From contig CAVYGN010000002.1 of NCBI GenBank assembly GCA_963768055.1, positions 834,268-898,267 of the forward strand: a stretch of 64,000 bases of DNA. Reading direction: 5' to 3'. This DNA comes from an uncultured Spirochaetota bacterium (GTDB taxonomy: Bacteria > Spirochaetota > Brevinematia > Brevinematales > JAOACQ01). The translations under genes and the position numbers were made by a program. Below, one piece after another: positions 18,296 through 28,564 of this stretch (position 1 is the stretch's first letter; the number at the start of each line of letters is the position of its first letter). The notes beneath the pieces were generated by a model that did no database searches, was not told the origin of the DNA, and was given only the letters and a program-made list of their open reading frames with translations.

Positions 18296-18763
18296 TTATT
18301 GCTTTATATTTTTTAAAGTTTCACTGACCTCGTTTATCTGATCCAGCGGAACTTCCATGCCGTTTATGTTCAAAAATGCATCCCCGTTTTTTACCTTGAT
18401 GCTGTCGACAATTCCGGCGTTGTATTTACTGTCTTCGTCAGTCCATGAAATCGTTTTGCCGACAAGCGATACGGCCTTTGTAAATGTAAACTCTTTGCCG
18501 AGGGTCTTAATATTTTCAGTAAGGTCGTTCATCTGCTTGAGTGATGTAAACTGGGCCATCTGACCGATAAATTCCTTGTCGTCAAGAGGTTTCGTGGGGT
18601 CCTGGCTCTTAAGCTGGGTGATCAGGAGCTTCATGAAATCAGCCTGGTCAAGCGTGTTTTTGCTTACTATCTTTTGATTTTCCTTTAATGTTGAGTTGAA
18701 TTCTGAAACCCTGTAATTCAGTTTATTCAGATCTTCAGGGCTTAGCTGTGTATTAACGGTCAT
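18296..18763 (-). CDS. flgD: Flagellar hook capping/assembly protein FlgD
   Basis: DFMKLLITQLKSQDPTKPLDDKEFIGQMAQFTSLKQM motif. Confidence 0.85.
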   Translation of the reverse strand: MTVNTQLSPEDLNKLNYRVSEFNSTLKENQKIVSKNTLDQADFMKLLITQLKSQDPTKPLDDKEFIGQMAQFTSLKQMNDLTENIKTLGKEFTFTKAVSLVGKTISWTDEDSKYNAGIVDSIKVKNGDAFLNINGMEVPLDQINEVSETLKNIKQ

Positions 18764-18791
18764 TAGAAACCTCCTATATCCTTTGATAATT

Positions 18792-20093
18792 TTATGCCAG
18801 GTAGTTTATACTGCTTTCGAAAAGGGACTTGTATGCGTTCTCCGGTTCGTCAGGCTGCTCAACTGTAATATCCCCTGTATAATAATTATTAACGGAACCC
18901 TCCGGAACCTGGCCGGAGTTTTCCTGCCCGTCTCCGGATAGGCTTACATTTAGATTACCTATGTTAATTCCTGCCTGCTGCAGGGATCTTTGAAGATCGC
19001 CCAGGTTCTGGTCAAAAATCATCTTGGCTTCGGGTGTCGATACGACGATCTGGCCTGTCATCCGCCCCCCTTCCAGAACAAACTTCATGCTCATCCTTCC
19101 TAATTCGGGCGGTATCAGATTCATCCTCATTTCGCTTTTTCCGTCCCTCAGGGTTACAAGCGCCCGCCCGGTAACATTCTGCATCAAGGCTTCAAGGCCC
19201 GCCCTGTTCAGGGGGAGCGAATAATTTAAAGCGGTGCGCGCGGGCGAGTTTGTCATTTCTGTTTTATTATTCCCCTGGGCTGCAAAATCCTTAACCACGG
19301 ATTTGTCGCCTGTTTCTTTTTCAATTATTTTTATCGGCTGAGAGGATTCAGTCTTAACGGCGGAAGTTTCAATTTTCATGGAACCGAGCCCGGAAAATTG
19401 CCCGGCAGGGGTATTTTTCCCTTTATCATTATTTAATACGGCTTTTCCTGCCTCTTCGGGTTTAGTCCTTTTATCTATAACAACAACTTTTTCTTGAGTT
19501 AGGTCTTTTTCCCCGCCCGGATTTCCTTGGGTCTTTTGCTGATTGTTTGAAACCTTAACTCCGGTTTCAGAAGTTTCGTTAATCTTACCGGGATTCTCAA
19601 TTCCCTCAAGCTTTTTTTTCAACAGTTCCAGAGCCGGCAGATTACCGTTTAAACCCTGCTTATCGAGAATGGTTATAAGCTGTTCCAGCACCTGGTTTAT
19701 AAATGACATAAGGGATATTCCTGACTTTCCCGGCCGGATATCAAGGTCGTTATTTTTATCCTTCATAGCGGCGATCATCTTTTTTATTTTCTCTAATATC
19801 GATTTCAGGCTTTCAAGCTCCTCGGGATCCTTTGATTTTTTTGTGTTCGTTTCAAGTGAATCTATTTTCTTTTCAATTTCATCTATCTTGTTTTTAATCT
19901 CTTTCATATCGGGTTCTTTTTCTTTCTTTTCTTTGTTCTCATTTTTCCCGATGCTGTTGAGAATGTCCTGAAAAGACAATTCCCTGTCTGAAGATTTGTC
20001 TTTAATACCGGAATTAAAGTCGCTTTTCAAGCCACCTGTGCCTGGCTGGGCCTGAGGCAGTTGAGTCAATACCATGAGGTTCGAACTATCCAT
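18792..20093 (-). CDS. fliK: Flagellar hook-length control protein FliK
   Basis: Low-complexity Lys/Glu-rich N-terminal part and a conserved FliK C-terminal domain (MRMNLIPPELGRMSMKFVLEGGRMTGQIVVSTPEAKMIFDQNLGDLQRSLQQAGI). Directly upstream of flgD. Confidence 0.75.
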   Translation of the reverse strand: MDSSNLMVLTQLPQAQPGTGGLKSDFNSGIKDKSSDRELSFQDILNSIGKNENKEKKEKEPDMKEIKNKIDEIEKKIDSLETNTKKSKDPEELESLKSILEKIKKMIAAMKDKNNDLDIRPGKSGISLMSFINQVLEQLITILDKQGLNGNLPALELLKKKLEGIENPGKINETSETGVKVSNNQQKTQGNPGGEKDLTQEKVVVIDKRTKPEEAGKAVLNNDKGKNTPAGQFSGLGSMKIETSAVKTESSQPIKIIEKETGDKSVVKDFAAQGNNKTEMTNSPARTALNYSLPLNRAGLEALMQNVTGRALVTLRDGKSEMRMNLIPPELGRMSMKFVLEGGRMTGQIVVSTPEAKMIFDQNLGDLQRSLQQAGINIGNLNVSLSGDGQENSGQVPEGSVNNYYTGDITVEQPDEPENAYKSLFESSINYLA

Positions 20094-20322
20094 ATTTTAG
20101 ACACTCCTTATTCGGTCCTGTTATGATTTTCGGTAGAAAGAAAAAAAGATTGAGATGATTTGAGGTTTTTAGAAAATTTAATTAGGAAACGGAGACCGCA
20201 GGAGGCTAGTAGTCACAGAGAGTCGCATGACATTATATACTTCGCCTTCATCATAAGTTTCCGATTTCAAATTAAATATGATTTTTAATCAGGCAATTGT
20301 CAGGATGCTTGATAAAAAACTT

Positions 20323-21684
20323 TCAGTTCGTGCTTAACCGATTGACAGATAAAAAAATATTGCCTTCGCGGGAACCATATTCGTACGTACCATCAGACTG
20401 GATAAAGTTTACAAAATCGTCTTTTTGCAATTTAACTGTTATTGACTGGCCTTTTCCTTTTATTTCAGCTATTCTGGCTGAAGATTCTTCCTGTCCGCTG
20501 CCCATCTGGTAATCGAATAATATAGCCCACCCTTCGTTATTAAAAATAATATTCCTGTTTTTATAGGCAACAATTTTTGTTTTATGCCCAAGCCTTGTTT
20601 TATAATACCCTCTGATAATTTCAAATTTATAAGTGCCGGGATCTTTTGCTATATATTTTATCCCCGACCAATCACTTTTTGCGGGAATCTCGATTTCTTC
20701 ATTTGTTTTATTTTCAACCGCCGGAGAAGCAGAGTTTTTAAAAACAACCGCCTTTGTCTGCCCTTCCGATAACGCAATATTTGTGACTGATAATAACGCA
20801 TCGCCTTTTTTTAATTCTATTTTATTCCCTTTTCCGGCATCTACATCGGTGATTATCACTTCGCCGGAATTGTCGGTCTTCCCTATCTTTTCTCCGTTAA
20901 GATAAACGTCGATCCCGCCTTCCATAGCCTCTATCATCAATACGCCGGAGGGGTTGTAAGCCAGCTCGTTCGTTTTCCCGCTTTCGATCTGTATTATCTT
21001 CCTCAGCGCTTCCTCTTCGGAATTGCCGGGTTTTAAACTTATATCGATTGACTGACCTGAAATAAACTTGTCGAAATACCCGTCCCGGCTGTCTACCGGC
21101 TTTACGAACGAGCCGTTTATGAATAACCTGTAATTCACGTTCTTAGGCTTTATATCGAGCTTGAAATATCCGAGAGAAATGGTCTTGCCGACTAAAAGGC
21201 CCGACACGTCGAGAATCATTTTATCGATGGTATCGAAAATCCCGGGACCTGCGTCACCCTTGTAGCTCCTATTGAATAAGACCTGGCCGTCGATAACATT
21301 ATAAACAAAAACATTTATTATTATTTTATCGCTCTTCTCATTTATTATATAGTCGCCGGTAATCACCTGCTCCGTTGAAAAATGCTGCGCGATATTGATA
21401 GCTTTGCCGTCGTCCAGCGCCTTCAGGCTCCAGAAATTCGTTCCCCCGGCTATTTCTTCGACATCCTTATAAGGGGTAATGTTTTTAGATATCTTTGAAA
21501 GGAAAGTGGCCAGGGATTTTGTCATTATTTTGTTTATATTGTCCTGGTTCGATTTCCCCTTGTTTATGAATCCGGCGACAGTCGCAGATTTCATTGTAAG
21601 ATTCTGCGGCCTGATAAGGCCGGTAATTACGAATAATATTATCAAAACAGCCGGGATCTTTTTAATTATCATCCCTTCCTCCAT
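20323..21684 (-). CDS. Secreted hypothetical protein (signal peptide; possible PEGA-like beta-sandwich segment)
   Basis: N-terminal hydrophobic signal (IPAVLIILFVITGLIRPQ). No recognisable catalytic motifs. Same strand as, and upstream of, fliK. Confidence 0.5.
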   Translation of the reverse strand: MEEGMIIKKIPAVLIILFVITGLIRPQNLTMKSATVAGFINKGKSNQDNINKIMTKSLATFLSKISKNITPYKDVEEIAGGTNFWSLKALDDGKAINIAQHFSTEQVITGDYIINEKSDKIIINVFVYNVIDGQVLFNRSYKGDAGPGIFDTIDKMILDVSGLLVGKTISLGYFKLDIKPKNVNYRLFINGSFVKPVDSRDGYFDKFISGQSIDISLKPGNSEEEALRKIIQIESGKTNELAYNPSGVLMIEAMEGGIDVYLNGEKIGKTDNSGEVIITDVDAGKGNKIELKKGDALLSVTNIALSEGQTKAVVFKNSASPAVENKTNEEIEIPAKSDWSGIKYIAKDPGTYKFEIIRGYYKTRLGHKTKIVAYKNRNIIFNNEGWAILFDYQMGSGQEESSARIAEIKGKGQSITVKLQKDDFVNFIQSDGTYEYGSREGNIFLSVNRLSTN

Positions 21685-21953
21685 GACTTTCCGTTTGTCA
21701 TATGTTAAGCGCCGGCGGCAAATTTTACAATTAAATTGAGATTTCCTGAACGTTTCATCATATTTGCCACTTTCGAAGGTCAGTTCATTACCGGAGCAAT
21801 TATATCATGACCAAAACATCAAGTCAAACCAGTTTTTGACTGTTTTTAATAGCAGGCTCATAAAAATCTCCGGAAATCTATCGTTATTTTGATATTCAGG
21901 GCAATCCGTGATAAAATCTCGTGCATTTCGGGAAAGTATGCCAGGGCGGATAG

Positions 21954-24584
21954 ATGAATAAAATCCTGTTTTTTTTATGGCTTTTATCCTTTCAATATTT
22001 TACCGCCAGTCTGTACTCTAACTCCGTAAATATAACTCCCGTACCGGCATGGGTGGTTGAAGAGAAGATCGGAAGCGAGACCCGGTCGTTCAGCAACGAG
22101 GCCGATAGCGGGTATCAGTATTTACTGGTTGACACCCAGGAGAATACCCTTGAAGACACCTGCTATTCTCATGTTGTATATCAGATTGTTACCGAAGCCG
22201 GTGTTCAAAATGCTTCCGATATTTCAGTATCTTACGATCCTTCATACCAGACCTTGTATTTCCATAAAATAAACATCATAAGAGGCAAAAATTCATATGA
22301 TAAGCTCAATGCACTGAATTTTAAAACTATTCAAAGGGAAACCGACCTGGATAAATTCTTATATGACGGCAGGCTTTCCGCTGTTCTTTTTCTGGATGAC
22401 GTTAGAAAAGGAGATATTATCGAGTATTCCTATTCAATTAAAGGCAGGAACCCTATATTCAACCGGCGATGTTCCGAAACATTTTATCTTCAATACGGAA
22501 TGTCCATAGCCAGGATCTGCAGCAGGTTATTGGTTCCCGAGGGAAGCAAAATCGCTATAAAAAATTTCAACACGGCAATTACTCCGGCTATCAAAAAAAT
22601 AAACAATATTGTTGAATATTTATGGATTATAAACGGACAAAAGCCCCTGCAGGAAAATGATAAGATTCCGTCATGGTGTGATCCTTACGCCAGGGTTCAG
22701 GTAAGCGGATACGGAAGCTGGTATGAAGTCTCAAGCTGGGCGCTCCCCCTTTACCGGAACCCTTCGCTCGGCAAGGAGTTGAAAGAAAAGATCGAAGAGA
22801 TTAAAGCGAAATATGTTACTGATAAAGAGCGCATAATTGAGTCAATCAGATTTGTCCAGGATAATATAAGGTATATGGGTATTGAAATGGGCCCCTATTC
22901 CCATAAACCGAATTCGCCGGATAGAGTTTTTAAACAACGCTTCGGAGATTGTAAGGATAAAAGTCTTCTGCTTTGCACTATTCTAAATGAACTGGGGTTA
23001 AAGGCGTATCCGGTTCTGGTAAATACCGAAGATAAAAACAATATTGCCGAGCTTTTGCCGTCTCCTTTTGATTTCAACCATGCCGTGGTTTTACTGTCGT
23101 TTCAGAATAAAAATTACTGGATCGACCCTACTATCTCGTTCCAGCGGGGTAAGCTGGAGGAACTGTTTTTCCCGGATTACAGGAAAGGCCTTGTCATAAA
23201 GGACAACAGCTCTTACTTGATTGACATTCCTGAATCCGGGCCCGGGCTGCTGCATGTAAGTGAATATTTTAAGCTTCAGGGAGAAAACAAACCGATGGAA
23301 CTTATTGTTACAACCGTTCATGAAGGCATGCAGGCCGACGATTACAGGGATTTCCTCGCAAATAACAACCGGAATATTATCGAGAGAAAATACAGGGAAT
23401 TTTATACTGGAATTTATAAATCGGTAGTTACTTCCAAACTGATGGAAATCAAGGATGATGAATATAACAACTCGATCATTACAAAAGAATACTATATTCT
23501 TTCAAATATCTGGACCTATGATAAAAAAGAGGGGCAATGGGAGGCGGATTTCTACCCGAGAATAATAGAAAACTATTTATCAAAACCTGAAACTCTTGAC
23601 AGGACGATGCCTTTTGAAATTGCCTATCCCAAACATGTCATTCAAACCATAAATATCCAGACCCCGGGAGATTGGGGCATCAAGCCGGAAGAATACAGGA
23701 TTGACGACCGATCCTTCACTTACTCTTTTAAAAAAGAATATATTTCAAACGTTATAATAAAGACGTACGATTACCTTGCAAAAAAGGATTTTGTCCAGGC
23801 GGAGGATACAGGGGTTTATTTGAAAAATATAAACAGGATAGATGATTCACTGGATTTTTATTTATCAGTTCCTGAAAGTATGTCCGAGGCAAATACAAGT
23901 AATTTTATTGTAATTTTAGTTTCCCTGTTTTCGGCTTTTTCACTGGTTTATTTATTTGTCAGGTACTTTAAGGCGAGAAAGAAAAGGGACGATTCCCTGC
24001 AGCTGGGTAGAATGTTCTGGGCCAGGCGGCTATTCGGCGGAATATTGATGGGAAATAAATTGAAAAAAGCGGTTTACATGGCCCAAAAAATAAATAACGC
24101 CTATCAATTCAATGAATTAGCCCTTCTTTACATCAAAGCGGGCGATTTGAAAAAGGCTTTAACAACATTTCAAAATGCACTGGCTAAAGAGCCTCAAAAT
24201 TGCGATTCTTTGTGGGGATTGGCAGCCATCGAATTTTACCGGAAAAATTACCCGGAAGCAGGTAATATATTGACAAGTTTATTGAATATAGATTATTCCT
24301 ACAGGTATGGGGATGCGTCGCTTTATTTGATAAGGGTGCTGAACCTCCGGAATGAAAACAGCAGACTGGATGATATGCTTGTAAAGCATTTAAAAAAATG
24401 GCCAACAACCGAAGTGAAATATTACTATGCCCGGCGTCTTTTCAACTGTAACGACAAGGCTCATGCCAGGGAAGTATTGGAAGAGATAATAAACGATGAG
24501 ATGATCTCACCGCCGTTTGAACGGACGAAAAACAGGGCTTTTCTCCGAAAGGCAAAGTCTCTGCTTTCAAAGGTAAGCAAATAA
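21954..24584 (+). CDS. DUF3857 + transglutaminase-like cysteine-protease core + TM + C-terminal TPR protein
   Basis: Signal peptide. Transglutaminase core motif RFGDCKDKSLLLCTILNELG with downstream His/Asp. TM helix (FIVILVSLFSAFSLVYLFV) then TPR-like repeats. Confidence 0.65.
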   Translation: MNKILFFLWLLSFQYFTASLYSNSVNITPVPAWVVEEKIGSETRSFSNEADSGYQYLLVDTQENTLEDTCYSHVVYQIVTEAGVQNASDISVSYDPSYQTLYFHKINIIRGKNSYDKLNALNFKTIQRETDLDKFLYDGRLSAVLFLDDVRKGDIIEYSYSIKGRNPIFNRRCSETFYLQYGMSIARICSRLLVPEGSKIAIKNFNTAITPAIKKINNIVEYLWIINGQKPLQENDKIPSWCDPYARVQVSGYGSWYEVSSWALPLYRNPSLGKELKEKIEEIKAKYVTDKERIIESIRFVQDNIRYMGIEMGPYSHKPNSPDRVFKQRFGDCKDKSLLLCTILNELGLKAYPVLVNTEDKNNIAELLPSPFDFNHAVVLLSFQNKNYWIDPTISFQRGKLEELFFPDYRKGLVIKDNSSYLIDIPESGPGLLHVSEYFKLQGENKPMELIVTTVHEGMQADDYRDFLANNNRNIIERKYREFYTGIYKSVVTSKLMEIKDDEYNNSIITKEYYILSNIWTYDKKEGQWEADFYPRIIENYLSKPETLDRTMPFEIAYPKHVIQTINIQTPGDWGIKPEEYRIDDRSFTYSFKKEYISNVIIKTYDYLAKKDFVQAEDTGVYLKNINRIDDSLDFYLSVPESMSEANTSNFIVILVSLFSAFSLVYLFVRYFKARKKRDDSLQLGRMFWARRLFGGILMGNKLKKAVYMAQKINNAYQFNELALLYIKAGDLKKALTTFQNALAKEPQNCDSLWGLAAIEFYRKNYPEAGNILTSLLNIDYSYRYGDASLYLIRVLNLRNENSRLDDMLVKHLKKWPTTEVKYYYARRLFNCNDKAHAREVLEEIINDEMISPPFERTKNRAFLRKAKSLLSKVSK

Positions 24585-24606
24585 CTTTCCGGAAACAGAG
24601 TCAAGT

Positions 24607-25080
24607 TTACTTATCGAATGAAATGTCGTCGGGCAGTTCGTTCAGGTCACCGGGCTTATGAGGAAAATGCTCCTTCAAGGCGGCGGCGATGCGGCCTATG
24701 CCGTACTCGATCCCGCCCGCAAAGTCGTCGTTCCTGAAATGGCTTTCCATTTTTGCCGAGATCTCCTTCCAGCATTCGTCGCCCATTTTCCCGTGTATGC
24801 CGCTGTCGCCGAGAATCGCGAATTGCCTGTTTTTTATTGCAAAATAGATAAGAACGCCGTTCCTGTGCTTTGTAAGAGTCATGCCTATCCGTTCGAAAGT
24901 TCGGGATGCGGCATGCATCAATTGCCCGTTGACCCTTTTGGCGATATGTACCCGGATCTCTCCCGATGTCTGGCTTTCAGCTTCCTTGATGCTTTTAACA
25001 ATATATTCTTTTTCTTTTGTTGAAAAGAAGTAATAGGGATGGGACGATCTTTTCACAACTGATTTTTTACCATCCTCCAC
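24607..25080 (-). CDS. TPM-domain (TLP18.3/Psb32/MOLO-1) protein, cytoplasmic form
   Basis: SGEIRVHIAK...VLIYFAIKNRQFAILGD... core. Co-operonic with the second TPM gene and LemA. Confidence 0.65.
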   Translation of the reverse strand: MEDGKKSVVKRSSHPYYFFSTKEKEYIVKSIKEAESQTSGEIRVHIAKRVNGQLMHAASRTFERIGMTLTKHRNGVLIYFAIKNRQFAILGDSGIHGKMGDECWKEISAKMESHFRNDDFAGGIEYGIGRIAAALKEHFPHKPGDLNELPDDISFDK

Positions 25081-25927
25081 TTGACCCTCCTCCTCCGAAG
25101 CTTCCTCCGCCTCCGCCGCTGAAACCGCCCCCTCCGCCCCAGCCGCTTCCTCCGCCGCTGAAGCCGCCCCTGCCGCCGCGCATTAAGAACATGTAGAAAA
25201 TCAGCTTTAATATTGCAAGGGCTATACTGAAAATAATAAGCCATTCAAAAAAAGAATACCGGTGGGCATAATTTTTCCGGTTTGAAGCGTATGAGCCGTA
25301 TCTTATAAGGTCGATTAAAAAAAGCAGAACGAATAGTCCCGCTATTATCATGACAATTTTTATTATTTTCTCCCTGTTTAGAGTGTAAAACCCCTGGTCC
25401 TGCCCGGAGGATTCCCTGCTTACCGCGTTTTCCCCTCCGGTGAGCTTTTTAACTATTGACGAAACGCCGGCCGTTATCCCGCCGTCGTAATCGCCGGATT
25501 TGAAATAGGGGGCTATAACATTACGGATTATGTAGGATGCCTCGGCGTCGGGAAGGTCTCCCTCGAGGCCGTACCCCACCTCTATCCGCATTTTTCTTTC
25601 CTGTTTAAAAATAACGAGGATTATCCCGTTATCCTTGCCCTTTTGCCCTATTTTCCATTTTTCTGCAAGCCTGATCGAAAAATCCTCAAGGGATTCCTGT
25701 TCGAGTGAGGGAAAAGTCGCTATAACTATCTGATCCCCGGTCCTGCCCTCGAAATCCGCGAGATAATTCTCTATATTGTCTTTTGCGTCCTGTGAAAGCA
25801 TGTTCGCGTAATCGTTCACCCTAGCCTCTGGGGCAGCCGGGACTTGCAGGGAAAACCCGGAAATATAAATGAAAATCAGGGCCAGGACCGATAATACCGC
25901 TGTTTTAATGAGGCAAGGTTTAAACAT
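25067..25927 (-). CDS. TPM-domain membrane protein with Gly-rich C-terminal tail
   Basis: Signal/TM segment, TPM phosphatase-like domain (DYANMLSQDAKDNIENYLADFEGRTGDQIVIATFPSL...GIILVIFKQERKMRIEVGYGLEG), TM segment, then a GGxGG low-complexity tail. Confidence 0.7.
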   Translation of the reverse strand: MFKPCLIKTAVLSVLALIFIYISGFSLQVPAAPEARVNDYANMLSQDAKDNIENYLADFEGRTGDQIVIATFPSLEQESLEDFSIRLAEKWKIGQKGKDNGIILVIFKQERKMRIEVGYGLEGDLPDAEASYIIRNVIAPYFKSGDYDGGITAGVSSIVKKLTGGENAVSRESSGQDQGFYTLNREKIIKIVMIIAGLFVLLFLIDLIRYGSYASNRKNYAHRYSFFEWLIIFSIALAILKLIFYMFLMRGGRGGFSGGGSGWGGGGGFSGGGGGSFGGGGSSGGW

Positions 25928-26532
25928 TAAAATTTCACCTTGGGAGCGGTCTTCGCCCCTTCTTCAGCCTGGAAGTATGCTTTTTCCTGCATTCCGGCCA
26001 TATTGGCTATTATAAATGCCGGAAAGCTGCGCCTTAAAGTGTTGAATGCCTGGGCCGCTTCATTGTAGCGCATTCTCTCGACCGTTATCCGGTTCTCCGT
26101 GCCTTCAAGCTGGGACTGGAGTTCCAGGAAATTCTCATTTGCCTTAAGCTGGGGATAATTTTCGACGACAACCATCAGCCTTGAAAGGGCGCCCGAAAGG
26201 TCTCCCTGCGCCGCCTGGAATTTTTTGAAATTTTCCGGGTTATTTATCATGTTTGCGTCTACATTCATTGACCCTACACGGCTCCTTGCATCGACTACGG
26301 CCTGGAGGGTGTCTTTTTCATGTTTGGCGTAACCCTTTACAGTCTCGACAAGGTTTGGTATAAGATCTGCCCTTCTCTGGTATACGCTTTCCACCTGCCC
26401 CCATTGGGCTTTTACAGCCTCGTCAAGTTTAACAAGCCTGTTGTAATTTCCGCCGGTCAAACTGTAAATGATAAATCCCAGGATTATAACTATCCCCAGG
26501 ATTATCAATCCTGTCTGCATTCCTTTTGACAT
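25927..26532 (-). CDS. lemA: LemA family protein
   Basis: N-terminal TM then conserved LemA core (NRLVKLDEAVKAQWGQVESVYQRRADLIPNLVETVKGYAKHE). Start overlaps the downstream TPM gene's stop. Confidence 0.85.
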   Translation of the reverse strand: MSKGMQTGLIILGIVIILGFIIYSLTGGNYNRLVKLDEAVKAQWGQVESVYQRRADLIPNLVETVKGYAKHEKDTLQAVVDARSRVGSMNVDANMINNPENFKKFQAAQGDLSGALSRLMVVVENYPQLKANENFLELQSQLEGTENRITVERMRYNEAAQAFNTLRRSFPAFIIANMAGMQEKAYFQAEEGAKTAPKVKF

Positions 26533-26605
26533 AAACTCTCCTTAAATTAGTCTTATTAATGGCACTTTTAATAAATCGAGCATAACGCCTTTGAGAGGTA
26601 ATTAT

Positions 26606-26632
26606 ATGTGTCAGTTATTGAATTTAATATAA
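26606..26632 (+). CDS. Candidate 8-aa leader peptide uORF (MCQLLNLI) upstream of the ABC-F gene
   Basis: GAGAGG SD 8 nt upstream of the ATG. Followed by a hairpin plus T-tract (gcaaagtttgagcttttgc-tttat) and a second hairpin before the ABC-F start, which itself lacks a good SD. Confidence 0.25.
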   Translation: MCQLLNLI

Positions 26633-26740
26633 AATGGCGATTAAATCAAGAAATACCTCTGTTTTAGGGGCAAAGTTTGAGCTTTTGCTTTATAATAAAC
26701 TGCCCTTTTAAAACCGGGCAAATATAATCAGGGTTTATAA

Positions 26741-28564
26741 ATGATACAGGTTAGAGACCTTAATAAATCGTACGGTTCAGAAAATCTTCTTGATAATATA
26801 AGCTTCAATCTAAATTCAGGCGAACACTGCGGGCTTGTGGGCAGGAACGGGTGCGGCAAGACGACCCTCCTTCGTATGATCGCCGGCCTCGAGGAAAAAG
26901 ATTCCGGTTCCATTTCAGTACCCCGGAATTATACCATAGGCTACCTTGACCAGAGGATAAAATTCTCGCGTCCGACGGTCCTCGAAGAAGCCTGCCGGGG
27001 CCTTCCTCCCGATCATAAAAACGATACCTGGATGGCCGAAAAACTTCTCGCGGGTCTGGGGTTCAGTATCGAGGATATGGATAGAGATCCCCTTATTTTC
27101 TCCGGCGGTTACCAGGTAAGAATACAGCTCGCCAGGACCCTGGCGGGGAACCCGAACCTCCTGCTTCTCGACGAACCGACGAATTATCTTGACATTGTTT
27201 CAATAAGATGGCTGTCCCGCTTTCTAAAAGATTGGAAAAAAGAATTCATCCTTATTACCCACGACAGGAGCTTCATGGACAGTGTAACGACCCATACAAT
27301 GGGCATACACCGGAGGAAAATAAGGAAGATCGAAGGGGACACCGAGAAACTTTACAACCAGTTGATCAAAGAAGAAGAGATCTATGAAAAGACAAGGGTG
27401 AACGATGAAAAAAAGAGAAAAGAGGTTGAACTGTTCATTTCGCGCTTCAGGGCGAAGGCGAGGCTTGGGGGGTTGGTACAGTCGAGGGTAAAATTGCTTG
27501 AGAAGAACAGGAAGCTTGAAAAACTTGAAAAGATGAAAACCCTGGAATTTTCTTTCAGGGAAGCGCAAACGCCCGCGAAGTGGGTCCTTGAAACGAGGGA
27601 GATCACATTTTCATATAACGGAAAAACTCCTTATATTATAGACAGGTTTAATTTAACTGTGGGAAAAAACGACAGGATCGGGATCGTCGGCAAAAACGGC
27701 GCGGGAAAATCGACCCTTATCAGGCTTCTCACCGAAAATCTTGCGCCCGTAGAGGGTGAACTCAGGTATTATCCCGGCATTAAAAAGGGGTATTTCGCGC
27801 AGACTAATATTGACGGGCTCGATCCCTCCAGAACGGTCGTAGAAGAGATTCAGTTTTCACATCCGGAACATGATATCCAGGCAGCCAGGGACATCAGCGG
27901 GGCAATGCTTTTCGAGGGCGACAACGCCCTGAAAAGGGTATCCGTTCTTTCGGGGGGCGAAAAAAGCCGCGTTCTTCTGGGAAAACTCATTGTATCGCCG
28001 ACCCATCTCCTGCTCCTCGATGAACCAACGAACCATCTTGACATGGAAAGCTGCGATTCGCTTGTATCCGCGCTTGACGCTTTTGACGGCGCGGTGATAA
28101 TAGTCACCCATAACGAGATGTTCCTCAATGCACTGACAAACAGGCTTATAGTTTTCGACCGGGGAAAGGTTACTCTTTTTGAAGGTAATTACAGGGACTT
28201 TCTTATTGATATAGGCTGGTCCTCCGAAGAGAACATGAACAATAAAGGGGAGATAAATCCGGCCGGGAAAAAAGCCATCCGAAGAGCAAGGGCGGAGATC
28301 GTCAGGGAAAGGTCGAAAGCCGTAAGGCCTATCGAGGAAAAAATAAAGGAAACCGAAATCGCCATAAGCCTTCTGGAAGAAGAGTTAAGTAAAGACAACC
28401 AGCTTGCAATAGAGGCTTCGATAAAAGGCGACGGCAGCCTTGTGGCAGCTATCTCCAAAAAAATAAGCGGGGCGCGCTCAATGCTCGATTCCCTCTACGA
28501 ATCATGGGAGGGCCTGCATGGCAGGTATGAGGAAGCGCTTAAAAGGTTTACAGAGGAGGTTTGA
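26741..28564 (+). CDS. ABC-F family ATPase (two ABC domains, inter-domain linker, Uup-like coiled-coil C-terminal extension)
   Basis: Two Walker A motifs (GRNGCGKTT, GKNGAGKST), two signature/Walker B sets (LLLLDEPTN both halves), no TM domain. 607 aa. Confidence 0.85.
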   Translation: MIQVRDLNKSYGSENLLDNISFNLNSGEHCGLVGRNGCGKTTLLRMIAGLEEKDSGSISVPRNYTIGYLDQRIKFSRPTVLEEACRGLPPDHKNDTWMAEKLLAGLGFSIEDMDRDPLIFSGGYQVRIQLARTLAGNPNLLLLDEPTNYLDIVSIRWLSRFLKDWKKEFILITHDRSFMDSVTTHTMGIHRRKIRKIEGDTEKLYNQLIKEEEIYEKTRVNDEKKRKEVELFISRFRAKARLGGLVQSRVKLLEKNRKLEKLEKMKTLEFSFREAQTPAKWVLETREITFSYNGKTPYIIDRFNLTVGKNDRIGIVGKNGAGKSTLIRLLTENLAPVEGELRYYPGIKKGYFAQTNIDGLDPSRTVVEEIQFSHPEHDIQAARDISGAMLFEGDNALKRVSVLSGGEKSRVLLGKLIVSPTHLLLLDEPTNHLDMESCDSLVSALDAFDGAVIIVTHNEMFLNALTNRLIVFDRGKVTLFEGNYRDFLIDIGWSSEENMNNKGEINPAGKKAIRRARAEIVRERSKAVRPIEEKIKETEIAISLLEEELSKDNQLAIEASIKGDGSLVAAISKKISGARSMLDSLYESWEGLHGRYEEALKRFTEEV

